A DNA stretch of 64,000 nucleotides from a virus (Duplodnaviria > Caudoviricetes). A program made the translations under genes and the position numbers. A model generated the notes under the pieces. That model searched no databases and was not told where the DNA came from. It worked only from the letters and a program-made list of their open reading frames with translations. The DNA lies in IMG/VR virus record IMGVR_UViG_2595698902_000001, positions 32,001 through 96,000 of that record; one strand, 5' to 3'. Below are positions 48,482-56,048 of this stretch, one piece after another. Every line of letters begins with the position of its first letter. Positions within the stretch are counted from its first letter, which is position 1.

Positions 48482-49683
48482 TTCAACACAAGGCTGTAGG
48501 AGTGCATGTTGCCGTCGATAGAACGCAGCGAACGTGCATAACCAGATTTAACCAGCTTGGCGATATTCGGGAATCGATCAAACGCACGCAGAATCTGCGC
48601 CTGAATTTCGCGATCACCTTCGGGGAATTCCAGCAGCACTTCGTTATTTTCAACGGTAATGCCGGTAATGCCTTCGATAGCACCGACGCGGGCCTGCACT
48701 TCGGTAGCGTCAAGATTCAAATCAGCTTTAACGCTAAACGTTACGACTTCGTGCAGCGCCACTTCGCGCTCTACGCGGTTGATCAGTTTGTTTGCGATAT
48801 CGGCGGTATCTTTACCAGCAACTGGGCGGCCAATTTCGTATTTGTTCGGCAGCACAATACGGTCGTGAACATTCACGAAAGTAGTGAGGTTGAATTTGTC
48901 ATCAGCCGGAGCCAGACGCGCAGTAACCACAACTACCAACGCTTTGTGGAAGCCGTTGGTCATGTCGCGCCAGTGAGTGATATCGATGTTGAAAACGAAA
49001 TCAGTAACGCCGTCTTTGGTGCCGATGTTGACGAAATAGCCAACGGTGTCGGCATCGTCCAGCTCTTGCTGCGCGTCGGTTACGTCTTCACCTGCTTCTT
49101 TGCGGGCATCGATTTCTTTTTGCGCAGCTTCGATACGGGCACTTTCGATTTCTTCAAAATGCTTTTGCACACGGAAGAAAAGGTCATTAACTGCTGGCGG
49201 GGTATTACCCTTCGACAGTTCGGTCATGCCGTTAATGGCTTCCATGTACAGATCAACCATTGCGCTATGACGTTCGGTCATTGGTACAATTTCAGCGCGC
49301 ATACGTTCGTTCTCGGTTTTCGAGCACGCTTCGATAATCGCTTCAATCTGATCAATTGCATCGCGCATTTCCAGCGCGTCGAGGTTTTTCTGTAGCTGGC
49401 GTGGACCGGGCAAATCCAGTTTATCGACAACCAGCGAATGACCAGAACGACCACCAATTTTCTTTGGTCTGCCGCCTACGTCATCGCTGCCGCCACGAAC
49501 TTCGATAACGCTTACGCCCGAGGCAGTAGCGAGGTGACGGCCACGGAATACTTTACCGAACAAAGTACGCAGCAGACTGGTAAACTTGGAAATCAGTTTG
49601 CTGTAGCGGCCTTCGTTCTTTTTGTAGTATTTCAGCGCCTGCTCTGGCGTCATCCGTCGGATATAGCTGTAGTCTTTTTTCAT
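48478..49683 (-). CDS. Putative virion protein
   Basis: 401 aa; HLATASG motif. Confidence 0.55.
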   Translation of the reverse strand: MKKDYSYIRRMTPEQALKYYKKNEGRYSKLISKFTSLLRTLFGKVFRGRHLATASGVSVIEVRGGSDDVGGRPKKIGGRSGHSLVVDKLDLPGPRQLQKNLDALEMRDAIDQIEAIIEACSKTENERMRAEIVPMTERHSAMVDLYMEAINGMTELSKGNTPPAVNDLFFRVQKHFEEIESARIEAAQKEIDARKEAGEDVTDAQQELDDADTVGYFVNIGTKDGVTDFVFNIDITHWRDMTNGFHKALVVVVTARLAPADDKFNLTTFVNVHDRIVLPNKYEIGRPVAGKDTADIANKLINRVEREVALHEVVTFSVKADLNLDATEVQARVGAIEGITGITVENNEVLLEFPEGDREIQAQILRAFDRFPNIAKLVKSGYARSLRSIDGNMHSYSLVLK

Positions 49684-49686
49684 TCT

Positions 49687-50685
49687 TTAAGAATCCATGA
49701 TTGTGTTGAGTTTATCTTTCTCAGTCTTGCCGACGTTGAGCAGTTTTGTCAGCTTGTTAAGAGAGCGTGCATCATAGATTTTTCGTTTACCTACGATGAA
49801 CGAAATCATCTTGTTGTTACCGTACTGGGATACGCGGTGGATGATATCCGTGTTCGGCAGATTCACGGCCCGGCGCAGGTACGGCAAAACCCGCTGCAAA
49901 AACTTGTTGATATCGTCCGGTTGAACAAACGATTTCAGCACAACGTTTAAGCGGTCTTCGGTGACTTCGATGTTCTTAACCAGCTTAGACGCCAACAGCT
50001 TATCGTCTTTCGGTTCGGGCGTGCCGATATACTCGAAATCCGACAGGTTATTGGTTAGATACAGTTGAACATCCTTCGCAGTATCCACGCGTGATTCGTC
50101 GCTGGAAACATACGGAGAATCTGGAACGGAAATGCGATATTCCCCACCGAGCAAAGTGAGTTTAACGGTAATGGGACCACTAACGAATCCGTTAGCGTCG
50201 GCAATACCGCCGTCCGTGCGGAAACAAATCATTTGATAGTCAGGCAAACGGACGTGCAATTGCGTGGTGTGGCTAATCTTCGATAGCAGCTTGTAAACAG
50301 GCTCTGCCAGATAGCTCAAGTGCTTGTCCATTCGAGTGGAACAAACACCATCAATCAGATTCAAAAGGCTCTTTTGGAAATCGTGAATGTTGGACTGCAT
50401 AACGCCAATCATTTGGAAACAGCGGTCGCGTTTGGAATCGCTGAATTCCTGCACAATGGATCGAGCACAACGCAGTTCAAGCAAAGAATCAACGCAAAAC
50501 GTAAGCGCTTCAACACCATCCGACACTTTCAGCTGGGATAGTTTCTTTTGGTTGAATTTGGAAACCAAAACGCTAGTGGTCATGTTAATGCGGTTTAATA
50601 CAGCGACAACCTCATTGGCGTTTCGGGCGTTTTTTAGATCAATGACGTTCTTTGAGTCATCAATATACTTTGATTGTATTTGCAA
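49687..50685 (-). CDS. Putative virion protein
   Basis: 332 aa, TTG start with AGGTG RBS, TAATTTT element at 50721-50727. Confidence 0.55.
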   Translation of the reverse strand: MQIQSKYIDDSKNVIDLKNARNANEVVAVLNRINMTTSVLVSKFNQKKLSQLKVSDGVEALTFCVDSLLELRCARSIVQEFSDSKRDRCFQMIGVMQSNIHDFQKSLLNLIDGVCSTRMDKHLSYLAEPVYKLLSKISHTTQLHVRLPDYQMICFRTDGGIADANGFVSGPITVKLTLLGGEYRISVPDSPYVSSDESRVDTAKDVQLYLTNNLSDFEYIGTPEPKDDKLLASKLVKNIEVTEDRLNVVLKSFVQPDDINKFLQRVLPYLRRAVNLPNTDIIHRVSQYGNNKMISFIVGKRKIYDARSLNKLTKLLNVGKTEKDKLNTIMDS

Positions 50686-50740
50686 TGCTCGAACACCTAA
50701 GAATATGGTGGGTATATCGTAAAATTACCGTCCAGATAGC

Positions 50741-50776
50741 AAAAAACCCGCCTTTCCTAATGGATTGGCGGGTTTT
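50741..50776 (-). terminator. Rho-independent terminator
   Basis: AAAACCCGCC...GGCGGG-TTTTTT. Confidence 0.85.
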
Positions 50777-50803
50777 CTGTATTACCTTAACTCAACCTAG
50801 AAA

Positions 50804-52093
50804 TCAGGAGAAGCTAAGTTTCTTCGGCATAGCGCCGCTTTGTTTCTTCACTGCGCCACCGCTGGCCTTGGCAGCTGGTTTAGCAGCGGCGGCTGGTTTA
50901 GCGGCAGGAGTTTTCTTGCTTGGGGTTTTCTTGTCAGCTTTAGCTGGTTTTGCGGCGGGTTTAGCTGCCGGGGTTTTCTTCGGACGACCCGGAGATTTTT
51001 TAGCTGGCTTTTCAGCTGCGGCTGGAGCGGCTGCGGCTGGGGTTTTCTTTGGACGACCCGGAGCCTTCTTCGGGGTGCCGTCTTTTTTCACGCCATGCGG
51101 AGCTGCCGGAGCGGCTGCGGCTGGGGTTTTCTTTGGACGACCCGGCTTTTTCTTTTCAGGCGCTGGAGCTGCTGGAGCTGCGGCGGCTGGAGTCTTTTTC
51201 GGACGGCCCGGTTTTTTCTTTTCTGGAGCGGCGGCTACTGGAGCGGCAGCGGGAGTCTTTTTCGGACGACCCGGTTTGCGTTTTTCAGGAGCGGCTGCGG
51301 CTGGGGTTTCAGCCGGTTTTACTTTTGGCTTACGGCCCGGAGTTTTAGCCGGGGTGCCGTCTTTTTTCAGCTTTAGACCCGAGGTTGCTGGGGCTGCGGC
51401 TGGAGCAGCGGCTGGAGTCTTTTTAGGACGACCCGGAGATTTCTTCTGAGCACCACCAGCGGCTGGCTTCGGATCAGTATTTACCAGACGTTTGCCTTTC
51501 GAGCTGATTGGCTGCTTCTGGAAGTTGCTGATGAAATCTTTCAGGCGGAACGCACCTTTCTTCTTGCTCGCCTTTTTGATTTTATCAACCACTTTCGAGT
51601 GGGCCTTGGTGGACTTCATACGCTCGGCTGCCAGAGCAGAACGCTCTTGTGCGTAACGCTGCTTTTCAGCAGTGCGCAGTTGAGCACGCTTGGCCGGGGT
51701 GACTTTGAGGTCACGGATTTTTTGCAGAGCTTTTTTGTGCTTGCTTTGTACCTGACCGCTCTTTTTACGCAGCGCTTCACGCACTTGACGCTGAGCATCA
51801 CGGGCGGATTTCAGCTGGCCGGCAGCGTGAGTACCGGCGTGGCGGTGCTTACGGCGACGAACATAGGCAGCTTTAGCTTTTTTGGCTTCGGCTTCGGTCG
51901 CACCGTGGCGCATGGCACGCAGGAAAACTTGGTGGGCCAAGTGAGCCAGTTTGTCCTCATGGGACATTTTCTGGTATTTCTCTTTGGCCTTTTTGTTGAT
52001 TTTGTGCTTATTCTTTTTGTAATAAGCTTTGTGTTTCTTGGCGTCCTTGACGACCTCGGCGCCCTTTTGCTTCTGTACAGCTTTAGTAGCCAT
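50804..52093 (-). CDS. Histone H1/HMGA-like basic DNA-binding protein with AT-hook-like repeats
   Basis: 429 aa, Lys/Ala/Pro-rich; six KxxPGRPKKTPAA units plus TPGRKPK and KPAA repeats; GAGG RBS; monocistronic. Confidence 0.8.
   Translation of the reverse strand: MATKAVQKQKGAEVVKDAKKHKAYYKKNKHKINKKAKEKYQKMSHEDKLAHLAHQVFLRAMRHGATEAEAKKAKAAYVRRRKHRHAGTHAAGQLKSARDAQRQVREALRKKSGQVQSKHKKALQKIRDLKVTPAKRAQLRTAEKQRYAQERSALAAERMKSTKAHSKVVDKIKKASKKKGAFRLKDFISNFQKQPISSKGKRLVNTDPKPAAGGAQKKSPGRPKKTPAAAPAAAPATSGLKLKKDGTPAKTPGRKPKVKPAETPAAAAPEKRKPGRPKKTPAAAPVAAAPEKKKPGRPKKTPAAAAPAAPAPEKKKPGRPKKTPAAAAPAAPHGVKKDGTPKKAPGRPKKTPAAAAPAAAEKPAKKSPGRPKKTPAAKPAAKPAKADKKTPSKKTPAAKPAAAAKPAAKASGGAVKKQSGAMPKKLSFS
50960..51446 (-). 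repeat. Intragenic tandem repeats encoding PGRPKKTPAAA
   Basis: Recurrent GGACGACCCGG / GCGGCTGG blocks on the plus strand. Confidence 0.9.
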
Positions 52094-52120
52094 CGGGATG
52101 TTCCTCGATTAAAGGTTTGT

Positions 52121-52174
52121 TTAGGTTGGCTTTAATCGTAGCGCCACGATGCTAACCAACTTAATCCTAAATTA
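52121..52174 (-). promoter_or_regulatory. Putative late promoter TAATTTA plus long leader hairpin
   Basis: TAATTT-AGGA-TTAAGTTGG...ATCGT..ACGAT...CCAACCTAA. Confidence 0.55.
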
Positions 52175-52239
52175 GTATGTAAAAACAAATACGCTTTTGC
52201 GACCTAACCCGAGGAACCGCCCCAATAACTACCGTTTTA

Positions 52240-53295
52240 TTACACGCTAAAACCGAGCTGATTACAGGTGGCTTTTGCTTCTTTTAATGCGCGTTTGATT
52301 TCTTTTTTATCGAAACCTTCGGATACGAGGAAATCCGCTAATCCTGAAAGGGGATCAATATCCGACCGATCAATCGTAAATACTTCCTCAGTATCTACGC
52401 CCTTTTTATCACCTTCGCCAACCCAAACAATGCCACCAGTGATATTCGGATATTGCAGCATTAAATCAGGAGGCAAAGGAACCTCACGATCAATATGCAG
52501 CTTATAGCGAATATTCTGGTCGTTTTTAAGCTTTTTGTAATCGTTCAAATCGTTGATGAAAACGTTTTCCAGCGTGAAGCCCGGTTTATTCTCAACGAAC
52601 TTGTGTTTAACGTCTACAACGTCACCGTCCAGCGTGGCCTTGAAATGCACAAAACCTTTCGGTAATGCCTCGCCGAAATTCTTCTGGAACGGATTACCGC
52701 AATACACAGCACGTTTCGCTTTCATGTACTGGTATTGGTGGATGTGTCCGCTAATGGTGAAATCGTTTTTATGCGTGACCAATTCCTGCTTGGTTTTGAG
52801 GGCACGCCCATTATCACCAATTGCGCCGCTGTATTCAACGTGCGCGAAATTCAATGCACCCTGCTTTTTGCTCAGGGTTTTCAAACACGGATAAGGCAGC
52901 AGGTTTACCGGCACGCCTTCTATTTCGATACGCTCCGGTTTCAAGATAATGCGCAGGTTTTTGAAGGCGCGAGTCTTGGTCAGACGCTGCATGAAATTCA
53001 TCGCCATCTTTTCGATGTTTTCAAAGTCGTGATTGCCCGCGATGTAGATGATGGTTAGCAGCTTGTCGTATTTGTAGAACAGATTAAACAGCGCGGTGTA
53101 GGTGTCAAACGGCAGGTTCGGATGATCGGAAATATCACCGGGAATCATCACGTATTTAATGCCGTTATTCAGCGCGTATTGGAACATCTTTTCTGCTTCT
53201 GCGAGGATACGTGCATCGCCATCCTCGAAATGCTTATTCAGCCCGGTCAGGTGCCAGTCGCTGGTCGCAATACCTTCAAACGATTTGATAGCCAT
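52240..53295 (-). CDS. sbcD: SbcD/Mre11/gp47-like DNA repair exonuclease
   Basis: SDWH, PGDISD, AGNHD, AH, SGHIH, YCGNPFQKNFGE metallophosphoesterase motifs. Confidence 0.92.
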   Translation of the reverse strand: MAIKSFEGIATSDWHLTGLNKHFEDGDARILAEAEKMFQYALNNGIKYVMIPGDISDHPNLPFDTYTALFNLFYKYDKLLTIIYIAGNHDFENIEKMAMNFMQRLTKTRAFKNLRIILKPERIEIEGVPVNLLPYPCLKTLSKKQGALNFAHVEYSGAIGDNGRALKTKQELVTHKNDFTISGHIHQYQYMKAKRAVYCGNPFQKNFGEALPKGFVHFKATLDGDVVDVKHKFVENKPGFTLENVFINDLNDYKKLKNDQNIRYKLHIDREVPLPPDLMLQYPNITGGIVWVGEGDKKGVDTEEVFTIDRSDIDPLSGLADFLVSEGFDKKEIKRALKEAKATCNQLGFSV

Positions 53296-53326
53296 AAATC
53301 CTGCTCTAATTGTGCCGTCTTCTATC

Positions 53327-53336
53327 TATTTACAGT
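53327..53336 (-). promoter_or_regulatory. Putative phage promoter ACTGTAAATA
   Basis: 32 nt upstream of the SbcD start. Confidence 0.72.
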
Positions 53337-53767
53337 TAGCCCGTACCGGCTATACCACGCTCTAGTTCGCGTGTGATCGTGGTCTTAAATACGATCTTTT
53401 CTAGAGGACGATCAGGCCTCCAGTCATACGAAACAATAACGCTGTGTTTTCTACCACGGCCAACCTTATTTGCTTTGCGGCGACCCCGCAGGATTACACG
53501 ATCAACCTGCTTACCGTCTTCGTCTAGCAATGCGACTTCGCAGCGGTTTTTTCTATCGCGAATTGTGTAGGATTCGACAAGGTGAGATTTGACGTTGAAA
53601 AAGTCTGGCGTTTTGTGGCGAGCCAATGCGCGCTCAAGTACCGCTTGGCACTCGTTCATCATTTGGGCGCGCTGCTGTTCGGGCGTTTGCTCTACATGCA
53701 GGGCCTCGTAAATACGGCGCTGGATTTCTTTGAGCAAACGCATTTGGTTTATTTCTTCGAGGCCCAT
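53336..53767 (-). CDS. Stand-alone tail-sheath C-terminal-domain-like protein
   Basis: LEEINQMRLLKEIQRRIYEAL..EQ.....RAQMMNECQAVLE and IVSYDWRPDRPLEKIVFKTTITR align to the sheath C-terminal consensus; AAGGA RBS. Confidence 0.55.
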   Translation of the reverse strand: MGLEEINQMRLLKEIQRRIYEALHVEQTPEQQRAQMMNECQAVLERALARHKTPDFFNVKSHLVESYTIRDRKNRCEVALLDEDGKQVDRVILRGRRKANKVGRGRKHSVIVSYDWRPDRPLEKIVFKTTITRELERGIAGTG

Positions 53768-53776
53768 TGTTGTTCC

Positions 53777-54403
53777 TTAGCGGAGTTTGATCAGCTGGCC
53801 GGGGAAAATCAGGTCAGGATTTTTCAGATTGTTAATGCGCGCCAGTTCGCGCCAATCGGTGCCGGTGTACATGCCGATTTCGGACAACGTATCGCCCGCA
53901 CGGACGCGGAAATACCCAACGCGAATAGCAGCGATAAATTCCGAATAATTGTGAACGATGCTAAGGGCACTGCGATCCACACTATCCGGTACGTTGTCAA
54001 TCATGGCCTGTACAGCTAAAGGCAGGTTATCTGCAATTGCGTTGTCGCACAGGAATTCCGGCTCAGCGGGCTTCCACATTTTTGCGAACTTCAAAACGTT
54101 TGGCACGTTGTCCGATTCGACTGGCTCAACCACAAGGCAGGTGGCCGCGCCGTTGCAGATGGTATTTTCGTGGCCCGCCCAGCAAGTGAGCGTGTTACGA
54201 ATCTTTTCAAATTCGCGGTGATTCACTTTCAGTACGACTTTGCGGAACGAGCGGCGGTGCCAATCGTTGTACCACTCAAGCTGCTCATGAGAACGACCGG
54301 GCGAAGTGAAAAATTCGTGTGCATTCAGCATCGAATGGGCGACCAGCGTAGGCACCATGTAATCCGGCGCTTCGTCAATTACCGCAATGTACATTTTCTT
54401 CAT
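53777..54403 (-). CDS. Pth2 (peptidyl-tRNA hydrolase 2)-like domain fused to LysM
   Basis: KMYIAVID...VAH...W...FRKVVLKV...E...TCLVVEP; C-terminal YFRVRAGDTLSEIG...WRELARINNLKNPDLIFPGQLIKL. Confidence 0.78.
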   Translation of the reverse strand: MKKMYIAVIDEAPDYMVPTLVAHSMLNAHEFFTSPGRSHEQLEWYNDWHRRSFRKVVLKVNHREFEKIRNTLTCWAGHENTICNGAATCLVVEPVESDNVPNVLKFAKMWKPAEPEFLCDNAIADNLPLAVQAMIDNVPDSVDRSALSIVHNYSEFIAAIRVGYFRVRAGDTLSEIGMYTGTDWRELARINNLKNPDLIFPGQLIKLR

Positions 54404-54410
54404 CGGAATC

Positions 54411-54911
54411 TCACAGATATTCGTCGAGTTTGGTAATGCCTGCGCGAGTGCAATATTCCATCAGCGTGCCAATGCAATATTCGTCAATGTGCCCGGCGCG
54501 AAGGTCGGCTAAATCTTCGTGCGTGATCATCAATTGCGTGCAGAGTGCTACGTCGTCTTTGCGCGATGCTTTGATCCAGCGGTTCAATGTACGCAGGATA
54601 CGGGCTTTAATGCGTAGCTCGTCACGCATACAGTCTTCGTCAATCAGCGAATCCCACACATCAGGAACTGGTTTTTGCGGTTCGCGGTAGGAATCGGTAA
54701 TCAGCGTCACGTCTTCGCTAAGCTGGGTGATTTTGCGCTCAGGCGTGTCCTCGACCACACGCGGATAGGTAACGGTATTTTTCGGACCTGTTTCAGACGG
54801 CACCACAATCGCGCCCATTCCGTGCAGTGTGATATCCACATTGAGATTATTATTCTCCACGTCTTCCGGCGTATTGTTGGTTTCGTCGCAAATGACTTCG
54901 TAGTTACTCAT
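54411..54911 (-). CDS. Protein with N-terminal tail-sheath ICDxTNNTP motif and C-terminal XRE/HigA-like HTH
   Basis: YEVICDETNNTPEDVENNNLNVDITL; C-terminal helices LCTQLMITHEDLADLRAGHIDEYCIGTLMEYCTRAG. Confidence 0.65.
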   Translation of the reverse strand: MSNYEVICDETNNTPEDVENNNLNVDITLHGMGAIVVPSETGPKNTVTYPRVVEDTPERKITQLSEDVTLITDSYREPQKPVPDVWDSLIDEDCMRDELRIKARILRTLNRWIKASRKDDVALCTQLMITHEDLADLRAGHIDEYCIGTLMEYCTRAGITKLDEYL

Positions 54912-55729
54912 TCCATACCTTCCTTTTTCTCGACGCCAGAATTAATGGCTCGGATATAACGCATTTCGTAGGCACTGATTTTTAACTTCATCGCTACGTC
55001 GTCTTCATCGCCTTCCATCTGCAACGCTTTGCGGTACAGATCGACCACTTCGCCGCTCAGCAAATCCATCAATTTGGCGACTTGTTTGTCAGTCAATTTG
55101 ATTTTCTTGCTAAGCGAGGCAACCCGCGATTGCAGTTGCTTTTCGGTTTCCGTCGAGGCCAACCATTTGCACACAAGCTGGCGCACCGGGGTTTGGTGGG
55201 TAGCAGACGGCATGGTATAAACGAACGACATGAAATTCATCAGGAAAGTATGCTGTTCGCGAGCGACTTTCTTGGCCGCTTCCACCACGTCGAATTTGGT
55301 ACGCGTGATATGCTGCTGCTTTGACGCAGGAATGCTTTTGAAATCGACAAGATTAAACCCGTCAACGTGGAACGCTTCCGCTGCTTTGTAGTCTACCGGA
55401 ATCACGTTGTACATCGACAGGGAAATAGGATCGTCACAGACGTAGCAAATGGTTTTATCAGTGATGCTTTTGCGGTGCGCCTCAAACGTAAACACGTCAG
55501 AGAAAATCACATGCTTGCGCTGCTCAAACTTGGCAGGGCTAGCCACAAGCGCAATGGCGGATCGTGGCGTACCGAGTTTGCGCAGGTGAACCAAAACTTT
55601 GTCAGGCGCAGTGTGCGCAAACCCGTATGCGATCATTTCTTTTTGCTCTTTCTGACTTGTTTCAACAGGCTGGCGGTCATCGCTTTCGCGCTCACGTCGA
55701 ACCGATAGGAGGCCATGAAATACGTACAC
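54908..55729 (-). CDS. Hypothetical protein (possible C-terminal HTH)
   Basis: 273 aa; start uncertain; ends EDDVAMKLKISAYEMRYI. Confidence 0.6.
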   Translation of the reverse strand: MYVFHGLLSVRRERESDDRQPVETSQKEQKEMIAYGFAHTAPDKVLVHLRKLGTPRSAIALVASPAKFEQRKHVIFSDVFTFEAHRKSITDKTICYVCDDPISLSMYNVIPVDYKAAEAFHVDGFNLVDFKSIPASKQQHITRTKFDVVEAAKKVAREQHTFLMNFMSFVYTMPSATHQTPVRQLVCKWLASTETEKQLQSRVASLSKKIKLTDKQVAKLMDLLSGEVVDLYRKALQMEGDEDDVAMKLKISAYEMRYIRAINSGVEKKEGME

Positions 55730-55766
55730 ATGTTCGCGTATTTCAGGTTACGCATTTCAACCGTTT

Positions 55767-56048
55767 TCATCGAACGTCACTCAGTTTGGCGCCCGCTTTG
55801 CATAACTCGTAAGTCATGCGCGACAGGCTGGTAAGATCGAGCACAAAAGAAACGGCAACATCGAAGCTTTCTTCGCGCCACTGTACACCGAGAATGCACG
55901 GATAAAACGTTGGCAATTCGTCCTCGTTACGAACGTAGGGCAAATCACCATTTCGTTCGTCGTCATTGTCGGCGTACACGGCACGCAGGAAATCGTCTAC
56001 TTCGCGTTTGTCTTTTACGACTTTTGCGTAGACGCTAGCTGGCAGCAT
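55767..56048 (-). CDS. Hypothetical protein
   Basis: Likely start ATG 56048 overlapping the SbcC end. Confidence 0.55.
   Translation of the reverse strand: MLPASVYAKVVKDKREVDDFLRAVYADNDDERNGDLPYVRNEDELPTFYPCILGVQWREESFDVAVSFVLDLTSLSRMTYELCKAGAKLSDVR

Noticed and set aside
50960-51446. Regularly spaced direct repeats resembling a CRISPR or iteron array
   Set aside because: The repeats are in-frame, vary at synonymous positions and encode PGRPKKTPAAA; there are no unique spacers or cas genes.
50652-51449. Hydrophobic Ala/Gly/Phe-rich plus-strand ORF that looks like a membrane protein
   Set aside because: Antisense of the Lys/Ala/Pro repeats.
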